A stretch of 64,000 nt of DNA from Clostridia bacterium (GCA_017625035.1 JAGALX010000027.1:1459-65458), one strand, 5' to 3'. Positions 8,769 to 19,350 are shown, counted from the first letter of the stretch. Notes: generated by a model from the letters alone, not told the origin. Numbers and translations are program-made.

Positions 8769-9027
8769 ACTAGAGTATATGAAATTAAAAAAAGTATTGT
8801 TAAAAAACTTAAAAAATCAAAGAGTTTGTATAGAAATTAAAGGAATAATAAGTACACAATTTTTTATTGAAAAAACAAAAGTTATTATCAATAAACATAA
8901 AATGATATTAGCAGATGAAAACAAAGAATTTGAACTTGAATTTTTAAAAATTAAAAAAATTAAATTTCAAGATATGTGGAGTTTTAAAATAATTTATGAG
9001 GATTTTAATGTTGTGGTTGAAATTTAA
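8758..9027 (+). CDS. small hypothetical protein
   Basis: coupled to resolvase stop; resembles the next ORF. Confidence 0.6.
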   Translation: MINKLEYMKLKKVLLKNLKNQRVCIEIKGIISTQFFIEKTKVIINKHKMILADENKEFELEFLKIKKIKFQDMWSFKIIYEDFNVVVEI

Positions 9028-9037
9028 GGAGGTAAAA

Positions 9038-9301
9038 TTGAAAGATTTAATAAAATTAGAAAAAGAATTAAGAGAAAATTTTTTAAATAATAATATATAT
9101 ATTGAACTAGATGGAGATATTACATATCGCATAAAAATTGAAAATACTAGATTTTTATTAAATAAAATAGGTTTAATATTATCAGATAGTAAAGAAAATC
9201 AATTTAGCATTTGTTTTGATGAGGTTGGAAATATAAATATAGAAGAAAGATATATTGAAATGTTTTTCAATTATGATGAAACAATAAAAATTTTCACATA
9301 A
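9038..9301 (+). CDS. small hypothetical protein, probable paralog of upstream ORF
   Basis: RBS AAGGAGG + TTG; NIYIELDGDI vs RVCIEIKGII. Confidence 0.6.
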   Translation: MKDLIKLEKELRENFLNNNIYIELDGDITYRIKIENTRFLLNKIGLILSDSKENQFSICFDEVGNINIEERYIEMFFNYDETIKIFT

Positions 9302-9343
9302 AAAATAAAGACTATTTACAATAACAAGTTGTAGATAGTCTTT

Positions 9344-9565
9344 TTATAATAGCTCTTTAACGTCAATTTCTAAAACATCAGCAATATCAAATAAAACTTC
9401 TAATGACATTTTTTTTGTTACATTTGGAGCTTCAATTTGCGTTATATAAGAATAACTTATTCCAATTTCGTTTGCAAGTTCTTCTTGTGATAAGCCTTTT
9501 TGTTTTCGATATTTTGCAACTTTTATACCTATTTCTTTATATCTATTATCGTACTTTTGACTCAT
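9344..9565 (-). CDS. XRE-family HTH regulator
   Basis: YRKQKGLSQEELANEIGISYSYITQIE. Confidence 0.9.
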   Translation of the reverse strand: MSQKYDNRYKEIGIKVAKYRKQKGLSQEELANEIGISYSYITQIEAPNVTKKMSLEVLFDIADVLEIDVKELL

Positions 9566-9687
9566 ATACTTTCACTCCTCGTGAAAATTTTATTACATTT
9601 TTTACTGATTTTACTTTCACAAATAATGAAACTATGATAAGATATTTTTGATTTGAAATATTTTGTCGAAAAATGGAGGTGGAACAA

Positions 9688-10215
9688 ATGAAAAAGATTA
9701 TAATTAATCCCAAAATAACGGCTATTATTGGTTTAATTGGTGGAATGATAATGCTAATTAGTAGTATAGTATCTAATTTTACATATAACAATGTATATCC
9801 TGAAATATTTATTATATTAGAGAATATTTTTAAAATTGGATTAATTCTTTATTTTGGAAATATTATAACAAGATTATATTTTGGTACAGGTAGTTTAAAA
9901 TTTGCTAATTATGTTTTGATTGCTACATTAATAATTTTTATACTACACTTAACTTTAGTAAGAAATATAATTGAGGCTGTAGTATTTTTATGTATTCTCT
10001 TATATTTCATAAATATATTATTTGATAAAAATACATATATAAATAATAAAATTTTTACTCTAGTTTTTGGAGGATATTCAATTTTAAGTGCAATAGTTCT
10101 TTTTATGGAAATTAATGAGTTTCCAAATTCTTTGTATTTGATGATAAATTATATAAGTTATTTACTAGTAATACCATATTTTTATGGTTACTATGAATTA
10201 AAGGAGGAAAATTAA
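9688..10215 (+). CDS. multi-pass membrane protein
   Basis: about six hydrophobic segments; RBS GGAGG. Confidence 0.7.
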   Translation: MKKIIINPKITAIIGLIGGMIMLISSIVSNFTYNNVYPEIFIILENIFKIGLILYFGNIITRLYFGTGSLKFANYVLIATLIIFILHLTLVRNIIEAVVFLCILLYFINILFDKNTYINNKIFTLVFGGYSILSAIVLFMEINEFPNSLYLMINYISYLLVIPYFYGYYELKEEN

Positions 10216-10216
10216 A

Positions 10217-10483
10217 GTGATAAATAGAAATGATTTAAACTCAATAGGAATTTCTAAAAATAATAATCATAATGATAATAAACCAGACGGTATAAATACT
10301 GTTGCTTATATTGTTAAAAAAATTGCAATTATTATAGGAATTGTAGGTGTTTTTTTTGCAATAGTTGTAATTAATAATCAAACATATTCTATTCCTGTTT
10401 TAATAGCAAGTATAACCTCAGCGATATTTGTTTATGCTCTTGGAGAGATTATTCAATTACTGGAAGATATAAAAAATAAATAA
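10217..10483 (+). CDS. two-TM membrane protein
   Basis: two hydrophobic helices then ALGEIIQLLEDIK. Confidence 0.7.
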   Translation: MINRNDLNSIGISKNNNHNDNKPDGINTVAYIVKKIAIIIGIVGVFFAIVVINNQTYSIPVLIASITSAIFVYALGEIIQLLEDIKNK

Positions 10484-10528
10484 GTTTTTAAAAATTAAAA
10501 ATTTTGATTTTTGAGATTGGAGGAAAAT

Positions 10529-12118
10529 ATGAATAAGAAAGTTTTTATAATTATTTCAATTATTTTTATAATAATATTTTGTATAGGATTAATATTCTGT
10601 TTTAATAAAAATAATTTAATAGAAATCGGAAATTTAAATGTTAATACCCCTCAATTAGTTGAGGGAATGAAACCTGTTAAATGGAATGGTAGTGAATGGG
10701 TTGAAACAACAGTAAATGACAAAGAATGGTATAATTATGATAAAAAACAATGGGCTAATGTAAAACTTGCAGATGGAAGTATGTTTGTGTGGATTCCACG
10801 ATATGCTTATAAAATTACTGATGGTTATCACCAAAATTCAAAAAATGGTGGAACAATAGAAATAGAATTTTTATCAGGAATTACAAATAGTCAGAAAGAT
10901 TATATAGTACACCCTGCTTTTAAATTTGGAGATGAAGAATTACAAGGAATATGGGTTGCTAAATATGAAGCAAGTAAAACAGATGCAACAAGTACTAATG
11001 TTGGAAAAAGTGAAACAATATCATTTAAGAAAAATACATTAAGCACAACAGATTATGATTTAAATCAAATATTATATTATTGCAGAAAAATGGAAAGTCA
11101 AAATATCTATGGTTGGAACAATCAAAACGGAACATTATTAAATACTGGAGATATAATTGATGATAATAACAATTTTGATACACATTTAATAAAGAATGTT
11201 GAATGGGGTGCAGTATCTTATCTAGCTCAAAGTAAATATGGAATAAATAAGAAAATATCAACTAATACTAGTCAAATAAGTGGAAATGGTGGTTTATCAT
11301 CTACTACAACAGGAAATGAAACAGGTATATATGATATGGCAGGACAAAATTCTGAATATGTAAGTGCTTATTTTTATTCTACAACAAGTAATTATACTTT
11401 AGAAAAATATACAAATATGGTTAAATTTGACGAGAAATACAAAGATAAATATACTGCCTATTCTTCCGATAAAGTTGGAGAGGCTATCTACGAAACTTCT
11501 TCAAAATCAGCATTAAAAAATGGTTGGTATTCAAGTGAAACAACATTTATTAATAGTTCTAATCCATTTTTCGTTAGAGGTGGAAAATTAGATAATGGAA
11601 ACATATATAATTTTAGTGCCTTTAGTGGTGGGAAAGGCTATTATGGATTTAGAGCAACTATAGTAATAAGTACAGATGTACTAAGTGATGAAGAAAATCA
11701 AAGTAAAAAAGAAATTATTGAAAAAGAAAATTTACAAAATGTTAGAAGTAATATTTTAAATAATTTAATAAATACTTTAGATATTAATTATACAAAAGGT
11801 TATATTGAAACTATGGACACATTTACCAATACATTTAAAGCTAGTGATGTAGATTTTACTAAAATAAGAAATTATTATAATGCATTTAAAACAGATTATG
11901 AAACAATAAAAAATAATATATCTCAATATGATGAATTACAAAATGAAATGAAAGATATTCTATCTATAACAGATGAATTTTTTTATGAATTTGATAAAGC
12001 CACTACACAGACAAATGATGTTAATACTATAATAAATTATTGGGAAAGTTCATCAGATAAATGGCAACAATCATATAAATCAGTATATAAAGCATTATAT
12101 GGTAAAGATTTAGAATAG
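10529..12118 (+). CDS. membrane-anchored protein with FGE-sulfatase/C-lectin-like domain
   Basis: N-terminal TM; VWIPRY, HPAF, GIWVAKYEAS, GIYDMAGQNSEYV, RGG...GFR motifs. Confidence 0.65.
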   Translation: MNKKVFIIISIIFIIIFCIGLIFCFNKNNLIEIGNLNVNTPQLVEGMKPVKWNGSEWVETTVNDKEWYNYDKKQWANVKLADGSMFVWIPRYAYKITDGYHQNSKNGGTIEIEFLSGITNSQKDYIVHPAFKFGDEELQGIWVAKYEASKTDATSTNVGKSETISFKKNTLSTTDYDLNQILYYCRKMESQNIYGWNNQNGTLLNTGDIIDDNNNFDTHLIKNVEWGAVSYLAQSKYGINKKISTNTSQISGNGGLSSTTTGNETGIYDMAGQNSEYVSAYFYSTTSNYTLEKYTNMVKFDEKYKDKYTAYSSDKVGEAIYETSSKSALKNGWYSSETTFINSSNPFFVRGGKLDNGNIYNFSAFSGGKGYYGFRATIVISTDVLSDEENQSKKEIIEKENLQNVRSNILNNLINTLDINYTKGYIETMDTFTNTFKASDVDFTKIRNYYNAFKTDYETIKNNISQYDELQNEMKDILSITDEFFYEFDKATTQTNDVNTIINYWESSSDKWQQSYKSVYKALYGKDLE

Positions 12119-12439
12119 AGAGTGCAAAACTCTCTTTTTTAAATTTTAAAATTTAAAAATTAAAAATTTCGACTTTTGAAAATGCAGTAATATCAACGTT
12201 TTTTGACACTAAAATAACTCATAAAATTCAAATTTTATATTTTTATGAAATTTGAACTAAATATTGCATTGCTAGGCTTACGAGGATTAAATTGTATTAA
12301 TTTATTTTTGAAAGATGACAAACTATTCGTCTTAGAATTTAAAATGTCTGTATGAGGCTCGTATAGAATAAAGTTCTCAAGTTTGAAATTTATAGTTATT
12401 TATGCTATATTGAGATAAATAAAAATTGGGGGGATACTA

Positions 12440-13336
12440 ATGTATTATTATACTAAATCTGATATTGAAAGGGCACAAAATAGAGAAACAAAAAAATTGA
12501 TTGATTATAAAAATAATACAAATTATATAGAACATTTCAAAATGATGTTTAAAAAAGAAACAATAAAAATGTGTTTAACTAAAGAAAACTACATACAGAA
12601 TTACAAGGTGCCTATTAATGAAGTAACGAAAAGAATAATCTCAGAATGGGATAATAATACAAACATTAACGAAAATTGGAAACGCTTTGATAAAGAAAAA
12701 CGTTTAACAGATTTTGCGATAAGACGTAATTGTTATCCTAGCTGGGTAAAATATGATTATATTGATAATTGTTTAATATACAATCAAGAATATATAAAAA
12801 GAATGACATTGCAAATTATGGAAAATTTTAAGTTAAATATGGAATATTTTGAAAAATTAGATGAAGAAGATTTTAATGTGCGTTTAGATAAAATTTTAAA
12901 ATTAAAAAAGAATAGTGGGTTGAAAGAAGTAAAAGATTTAAAAGAATTTATGGGAACAAAAGGGATTTATATGTTAGTTCTTGATAAATATAAACAAATA
13001 TATGTTGGACAAAGTAAGAGAGATGTTGTAGAAAGAATCCTTCGTCATTGGAAAAGAAAAATTGAATTTGAAGATTTACTTATTGGAAAAACTAATGAAA
13101 CCAAAATATCTATAGATTCTTTTGGATTGTTGGATACTACGAGGATTTTTATTGAAGATATAAATCCAAGCTATTATAATAATTCAATTAAGATAGATAA
13201 AAGAGAAGAATATTTAGTAGAGGCTATTCCTGAAAAATATTTAATAAATAAAATAGGAGGAGCAATTAGATTTGGAGATATTGGTTCTCTTGAAAAAATT
13301 ATTGAAACATATAAAAAAAGAGACTTAAAAAAATAA
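12440..13336 (+). CDS. GIY-YIG nuclease domain protein
   Basis: KGIYMLVLDKYKQIYVGQSKRDVVERILRHW; later E...LIN. Confidence 0.8.
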   Translation: MYYYTKSDIERAQNRETKKLIDYKNNTNYIEHFKMMFKKETIKMCLTKENYIQNYKVPINEVTKRIISEWDNNTNINENWKRFDKEKRLTDFAIRRNCYPSWVKYDYIDNCLIYNQEYIKRMTLQIMENFKLNMEYFEKLDEEDFNVRLDKILKLKKNSGLKEVKDLKEFMGTKGIYMLVLDKYKQIYVGQSKRDVVERILRHWKRKIEFEDLLIGKTNETKISIDSFGLLDTTRIFIEDINPSYYNNSIKIDKREEYLVEAIPEKYLINKIGGAIRFGDIGSLEKIIETYKKRDLKK

Positions 13337-13511
13337 TGTAAATATAAATTAAGGAATAGTTTAGATTGCTATTCTTTTTTGTTTTTGTGCTCTAAAAATT
13401 TCAAGGGGTAATATAGCTTAATATTTTGGTAATTGAATATTGAAGATAATTGTGATATAAAAAGAATATAAAATTTAGTATCTTAAGGGAAATAAGTATT
13501 TTGGAGTGAGT

Positions 13512-14621
13512 ATGAAAAAAAACAATAGTTATGTTTTCTTACAAAGAAATGAAAGTAAAGTAAAAGAAGATAAAGATGGAAATTATATATTAGATTTAAC
13601 TAATAATGTATGTTCTGTTTTAAGAGAAATTTTTAATGCAGAAGATAAGGATTTAACATTAGAAGAATTAGAAAATCCGACAGATGAGACAGAAGAAAAA
13701 TTTGAAAAAATGCTATTAGGAGAAACTACTGGTAATTTTCAATTAGCAATTGGCGAAATAACAAGAAATATTGATTTTAAATTATCTGTTGTTGATTCAA
13801 CTGAATATTTAGATATTATAATCGAAGATGATAGTGAAGAAATATTAATAATGTTTATGAAAGAAATACATAAAAATATTATTTCTAATGTTAAATTATG
13901 TGAAAATTATATTATTATAACATCGTATGATTCGATTTCAGAATATTTTTGTAATAAAGTATATCCTAAATTAAATGAATTTGAAAGAAAGTTTAGAAAG
14001 CTATTATATATAACATATACAGCACAATTTAAAAAGTCATATTTTGAAATTACAACATCACAAGAACTTCAAAAAAAAGCTAAAGAGAAAATTAAAAGTA
14101 AAAATACTGATTATAGAATTCAACAATATTTATACTCATTAGATTTTTATGCTTTTAAACAATTGTTATTTGAAAAAAGTTGGAATGAATATGATGAAAA
14201 ACAATTAACTAAATATTTGAAAAAATATAATGATTTAACAAAATTAACAGATTTAGAAATAAGGAATAAAATGTTAAGTATACATCCAACGAATGATTGG
14301 GAGAGATTGTTTAGTAATAAGAATTTAGATGAGAAGTTTGAAAGTATAATTACTGAAATTGGAAAGTTAAGAAATATTGTTGCTCATAATAAAATAATAT
14401 CGGAAACTGAATATGACAAATTGAATATATTGTTAGATAATTCTATAATTACTATAGATAAAGCTATTAAAATAACAGAAACAGATGATTTTAAAAGAAT
14501 AAATACTGAAAAAGTTTCAGAAACAATGGAAAAATTCTCAGAAAATTTCAGAAAATTTACAGATGAAATTACAAATAAAATTAGTAATTTGTTTGAAAAT
14601 ATTAATTTTAAAAATACTTAA
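13512..14621 (+). CDS. HEPN-domain protein (RxxxxH), C-terminal tail cut by an in-frame stop
   Basis: LRNIVAHN motif; same frame continues 27 codons after TAA to 14705. Confidence 0.7.
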   Translation: MKKNNSYVFLQRNESKVKEDKDGNYILDLTNNVCSVLREIFNAEDKDLTLEELENPTDETEEKFEKMLLGETTGNFQLAIGEITRNIDFKLSVVDSTEYLDIIIEDDSEEILIMFMKEIHKNIISNVKLCENYIIITSYDSISEYFCNKVYPKLNEFERKFRKLLYITYTAQFKKSYFEITTSQELQKKAKEKIKSKNTDYRIQQYLYSLDFYAFKQLLFEKSWNEYDEKQLTKYLKKYNDLTKLTDLEIRNKMLSIHPTNDWERLFSNKNLDEKFESIITEIGKLRNIVAHNKIISETEYDKLNILLDNSIITIDKAIKITETDDFKRINTEKVSETMEKFSENFRKFTDEITNKISNLFENINFKNT

Positions 14622-14732
14622 AGTATTCTTGGAGATATAGCAACAGGAATAATAAATGATGATGAAATAAATAATGAAAATGATGAAGATAAAAAAGAAG
14701 AATAAAAATTTTTTATAAGAAAGGAGTCATAT

Positions 14733-15449
14733 ATGATACTTTTTGATAAAATAAAAAAAGAAATTGAAAAGAAAAAGTATAAAGTTTATGAAGTAAATCT
14801 TGCTTTAGAAGTTGTAAAAAATGGAATACAGTTTGAAAATTTTGAAAAGTTACAAAATTTTATGTCTGACCAAAACATTAATACAATCTTTTTTTCTAAA
14901 TATTATGATAGCTATGAGAATTATGTTATTACAGAGGAAACTTTTAGAAATGCAAGAAGCTATTTTGACTACAATATTATAGACATTATTTCAGATGATA
15001 TTGATAAATACAATCAAGAAATTTTAAAAATAGATTTTAATAAACCTTGTTCAGTTGTTATTTCTTGTGTTTTTCAAGGACAATATTGTTTTGTATGTTT
15101 AGAAGATGATAAATCATTTGATGAAGATAAATTAATTGGAGCAGAAGAAAAATTATATGAAATTATTGAAAAAAATAAAATGAATATTGATAAACAAGAA
15201 AATGAAAATAAAAAAATTATTGAAAACTTGAAAGAAGAAGTACGAGAAAAAATACTTAAAGACGAAAAATTTTTATTATGTACAACTAAACAATTAAGAA
15301 AAAATTACACAAGAACTTTATTTAAAGAAAAATTAGGAAATCATTATAAACTTTTAAAAGATATATGGACAACAGACGCACCAGTTGGAGTTTATACAGA
15401 CGCAATAGATTTTGTTGAAATGATATGGAAAGAAATTAAACAAAATTAA
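14733..15449 (+). CDS. hypothetical protein
   Basis: 238 aa ORF, RBS AAGGAG, terminator 15463-15491. Confidence 0.75.
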   Translation: MILFDKIKKEIEKKKYKVYEVNLALEVVKNGIQFENFEKLQNFMSDQNINTIFFSKYYDSYENYVITEETFRNARSYFDYNIIDIISDDIDKYNQEILKIDFNKPCSVVISCVFQGQYCFVCLEDDKSFDEDKLIGAEEKLYEIIEKNKMNIDKQENENKKIIENLKEEVREKILKDEKFLLCTTKQLRKNYTRTLFKEKLGNHYKLLKDIWTTDAPVGVYTDAIDFVEMIWKEIKQN

Positions 15450-16136
15450 CAATATTTTTATTAAGAATAGTTAATATGGCTATTCTTTTTTATTTTGCAT
15501 TTTTAAAGTTTTAATGGATAATTTATCAACTTAATAATATTTTTAATTTTGGAACGTATTTTAAGAATAAAGGAACACAATATAAACGTCTTAACAAAAG
15601 ATACAGATTATGCTACAATGTAAATACAAAAAAATTTATATAAATTTTTCATATTTTAGTGAATTTCCAGAATAAATGTGCTATAATATGTTTCGTTAAG
15701 TTAAGTATATATTAATTAAATTCAAATGTTATAAAAATGTTATAAAATATAAAATCTCAATATGCCAAATGCACAAATAAAGCATATTTGAGGAGTTAGT
15801 CTATCCGACTACCGCCTCCAGGATGACAACGGTATACGTGGTATTACAAAATATCACAGTATAACACAAAATGCAAAAATACTCTCTGAAAAGGGAGTAT
15901 TTTTCATTGATTAGATATTTCACTTATCACAGATTAGCATAAATTGTTGCGCAAATTGCATTAACATTACGTTATTCATTTAATCTATAAATTTTATAAA
16001 AAGAAATGAAAATTTGTTCTGTTCGCTTGAATTTTATATATAAATATTGTATAGTATTTAACATAGGAAATGAGAATAAGCAGATGTGGTTTTGCCACCA
16101 ATTTTACGAATCTTCGTAGGAAGGGTGGTGATGTTT

Positions 16137-16250
16137 ATGGTTAAAGTGATACTATTTTTAATAATATCATTGATGTTATCTTTAACATTAAACGTTGCCT
16201 TGACAGCAGTTCTGTATAAGAACTGGGTTGATAAGCAACTACATAAATAA
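16137..16250 (+). CDS. type I toxin-like hydrophobic peptide (37 aa)
   Basis: MVKVILFLIISLMLSLTLNVALTAVLYKNWVDKQLHK; promoter TTGAAT-17-TATAGT 16027-16055; RBS GGGTGGTG; below ORF-track cutoff. Confidence 0.75.
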   Translation: MVKVILFLIISLMLSLTLNVALTAVLYKNWVDKQLHK

Positions 16251-16336
16251 AAAAATAAACCATTCTGCTATGCCGAGCTAATGGTTTATTAAAACTATAT
16301 CTTGGCAAAACCACGTTTGTGGATTTGTCATTTTCT
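16248..16336 (-). ncRNA. type I antitoxin antisense RNA
   Basis: TTGACT-18-TATAAT on minus (16372-16343); terminator hairpin AATAAACCATT/AATGGTTTATT 16254-16290 with U-tail. Confidence 0.65.
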
Positions 16337-16432
16337 ATATTTATTATAATCTATTTATCTATATAAAGTCAAGAAATTTGATAAAATAAAAAACTTATTA
16401 ACATAGATAGTAAGTTGTAAAGGAGTAAAAAG

Positions 16433-16960
16433 ATGGAAATAGTTAAATATGAACCAATATATTATACGCAAGTAAACGATATATATGAAAAATCATTTCC
16501 ACAAGAAGAAAAATATATAACATTAGATAAAATGATACAAAGTCAAGGTAGCGAACTTTACTGTTTAGTAGATAATGAAATAGTATTAGGGATTATGTAT
16601 TTAATATTTTATAAAGATATGATTTTTATCCTATATTTAGCAGTAAATACAGAAAAGCGTTCCAAAGGATACGGAAGTTATTTGTTAAAATGGTGTTTAG
16701 AGAAATATGGTGATAAAAAGATATATTTAAATATTGAAGAAGTAAAAAAAGAGTTTAAGGATTATGAAACGAGAAAGAAAAGATTGGATTTTTATCTAAA
16801 AAATGGTTTTTTTATTACAAATTATATAAGTAAGGAAGAATTAGAGAATTTTAATATTCTTTCAAATAGCTTAGAGATAGATATTAATCAGTATAAAATA
16901 TTAGATAAAGTTGTTGCTAAAATTTTAGATGAACCTATTTCTAATATTGTAAAAAGATAG
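16433..16960 (+). CDS. GNAT acetyltransferase
   Basis: LYLAVNTEKRSKGYGSYLL acetyl-CoA motif; FYLKNGF. Confidence 0.9.
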   Translation: MEIVKYEPIYYTQVNDIYEKSFPQEEKYITLDKMIQSQGSELYCLVDNEIVLGIMYLIFYKDMIFILYLAVNTEKRSKGYGSYLLKWCLEKYGDKKIYLNIEEVKKEFKDYETRKKRLDFYLKNGFFITNYISKEELENFNILSNSLEIDINQYKILDKVVAKILDEPISNIVKR

Positions 16961-17116
16961 CTATACAACTTACAAGTTGTTCGTAACAGTAAAAAAAGAT
17001 ATCAAAATATTAAACAACATTGCATTACAATTACGTTATAAAATATATAGGAATGTCCTGAACACACTAGAAATAAAGGATTTACAGCCACTTCTTATTT
17101 GGTTGGCGCCTCCAAT

Positions 17117-17161
17117 AAAAAAACGAGAAAATGTTGAAATATCAATATTTTCTCGTTTTTT
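17117..17161 (+). terminator. hairpin directly after att core
   Basis: AAAACGAGAAAATGTTGA/TCAATATTTTCTCGTTTT. Confidence 0.6.
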
Positions 17162-17295
17162 GTGCTTTTAAAATCTAAAAATAAAAATTTAGTATTTTCA
17201 AGGTTTTTAGAGATTTTAAAAATTAAAAATAGATTCAAATGTTATAAAAATGTTACAAAATACAATATCAGATTTTTTTATAACATTTAAATTAT

Positions 17296-18153
17296 TTATT
17301 TTAATTTTTTATTATTTTTATCAGATAATTTCAATTGTTCCTTTTTTTCTTTTTCTATTTGCTTAATACTTTTTGTCGGAGTAGGTAAATCTTCTGGCAT
17401 TGTACCACCAAGCTTTTTAATTGTTTCTCTTACAGCTTTTCCCACTTTATTATGTGTATTACAAGCATCTTTTTCATTATCTACTTTATTATCTTTAAGC
17501 AACTCATCAGTTTGGGTAATACGGAATATATTAGCACCAAGTTCAGCACTACCCATAAAGTCTAAAATAGGTTGTCCTTCTTTTAAGCCTTTTCTTTTGG
17601 CAATATCATCTGCTGTTTCTCCATTATATAATCCTTTATATCCTGCATTATTAAATTTACCATAATCTCTAACTCCAGAAGATTTTGCAGTATCAAATAA
17701 ATATTTATTTCGGTCTGTAACAATTTTTCTATTATACATTCTTCTTTCATCTTCTGTTAATTGTTTGTATTGTTCTTCTGTTAATTCCTGTTGTCTTGTT
17801 TTTACTGCAAAATATGTTTGTGCTAAAGCAACTGCTTTTAGACGAGGGTTAGCATTTTGTGCTATAAGATAACAAGCATATCTAGAAAGTTTATAATCTT
17901 TTTGCTCTCTTTCAGCTCCTGAACCTATTTGAACCATTTTGTTGTTAACACCAAAATGGTCTTTACAAGGTATATCAGAATTTTTACAAGCTAATATAGC
18001 TTTTTCTATTACTGCATTAAAATACCTCCAATCTTTATAACCAAGAGTTATCATCAATTCTCTAGCATACCAAAATTCAATTCCATTTTCATCAATATGT
18101 TTAATATCTTCAAAAGTTTTCTCTGTATTTAATATTAATTCGTTTTCACTCAT
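17296..18153 (-). CDS. dinD: DinD family DNA-damage-inducible protein
   Basis: EFWYARELM, YKLSRYACYLIAQN, AQTYFAVKTRQQE, NAGYKGLY, MGSAELGANIFRITQT, GGTMPEDLPTP. Confidence 0.88.
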   Translation of the reverse strand: MSENELILNTEKTFEDIKHIDENGIEFWYARELMITLGYKDWRYFNAVIEKAILACKNSDIPCKDHFGVNNKMVQIGSGAEREQKDYKLSRYACYLIAQNANPRLKAVALAQTYFAVKTRQQELTEEQYKQLTEDERRMYNRKIVTDRNKYLFDTAKSSGVRDYGKFNNAGYKGLYNGETADDIAKRKGLKEGQPILDFMGSAELGANIFRITQTDELLKDNKVDNEKDACNTHNKVGKAVRETIKKLGGTMPEDLPTPTKSIKQIEKEKKEQLKLSDKNNKKLK

Positions 18154-18364
18154 ACTGAACCTCCTCTTATATTGTAATTATTTTAAATATTATCATATCT
18201 AAGTATATTTTACAATGTTTTGACGAAAAAATGTTCTTTTTACACAGGGTTGCTTTATATAAAACTCAAAAATTTAATACTAAACAATTATCGTCTTGTT
18301 ATTAAAATAAAATTTAGCCTTTATTTATATAAAAAATGATGTTAAAATTTTACAGGGTGATTAT

Positions 18365-19350
18365 ATGACTACTACAAATATATTTTTAAAATTAGATAAT
18401 CCTATTCAAATATCACAAAAATTAAATTTAGTTTTAAAAAATATTAATGATTTAGCCTGGAAAGAATTAATCATAGAAGATGTAAAAAATGAAATCATAA
18501 ATCGTAAGCAGATAATCAATAAATATAAATTTGATGAAATTCTGAAATATAGCAATAAAGGTATAGAATATATTATTGATAGAGTTTTAATGATTGAAAT
18601 AGATGATTTACAAAATTCACTCTATTCCAAAGTAAATAAATATATGGACAATCCAACTTGTGAAGGAAAAACTTTTCAAGCAAAATTTATTGATTTTTAT
18701 CGATTTATTATTAATAATACGCAAATACAAAATAAATATAAAAATATTTATATTACGTATGACTCTATGCCAATTGATAGTAAAACGGATTTTTTAAGAT
18801 TATCTGGTTTCAAAGATTATCGTATTAATAATGTAATTAATAGATGTACAATGACAAATTTTTTTTAGAACAAATAGATAATATCTGTGAATTTGGTAAC
18901 TACATTGATAAATATATTAAAAATGATAATCGCTTTTTTGAATTAAAATATATAATCGATGCATTAAATACAGATGATGATTATAATGCATTTTATATAT
19001 TTAAACTCGTTTCAATTATAGAAATGCTAGTAAAAAATAAAAAACATAATTCTTGGGAAGAAGATGATTATAATGTTTTTACTAAATATATATATGATAA
19101 AGATAATGTAATCAATAATAAAATAGAATTTGTAAAATTAATTATACAAATAAGAAATAAAATTGCACATTGTGATACTAGTGGACTTTATAAAAAACTA
19201 CATAAATATAAAAACGAATATATGAAACATTATTATTTTGATTACTATGAGTATAGTGAAGAAAATTGGATATATTTAAATTTATCTTGTAGATTAAATG
19301 CAATATTAGCAGATATATTATATTCAAAAATAATAAATAACAAATCATGA
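18365..19350 (+). pseudogene. HEPN-domain gene split at a T8 tract (ORFs 18365-18868 and 18844-19350)
   Basis: IRNKIAH motif in the second ORF; one extra T in the T8 run at 18859-18866 would fuse the frames. Confidence 0.55.

Larger units (their letters stand above)
186..15820. mobile_element. tRNA-Cys-integrated element 1 (~15.6 kb; PICI/IME-like with primase-helicase module)
   Basis: integrase next to tRNA; degenerate tRNA 3' copy ATCCGACTACCGCCTCCA at 15803-15820; arm-type doublets ATGTKAYAAAA at 315-368 and 15726-15747. Confidence 0.85.
15821..17114. mobile_element. non-autonomous mini-element 2 at tRNA-Cys (1.3 kb)
   Basis: bounded by tRNA-like cores ending CGCCTCCA (15820, 17114); internal direct repeats TGCATTA(AC/CA)ATTACGTTAT at 15957 and 17021. 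Confidence 0.65.

Noticed and set aside
10529-12118. FGE/C-lectin-like domain as a diversity-generating retroelement target
   Set aside because: No reverse transcriptase and no template/variable repeat pair seen in the window.
433-15820. Element 1 as a prophage or full ICE
   Set aside because: No capsid, terminase, tail, lysis, relaxase or T4SS genes recognisable.
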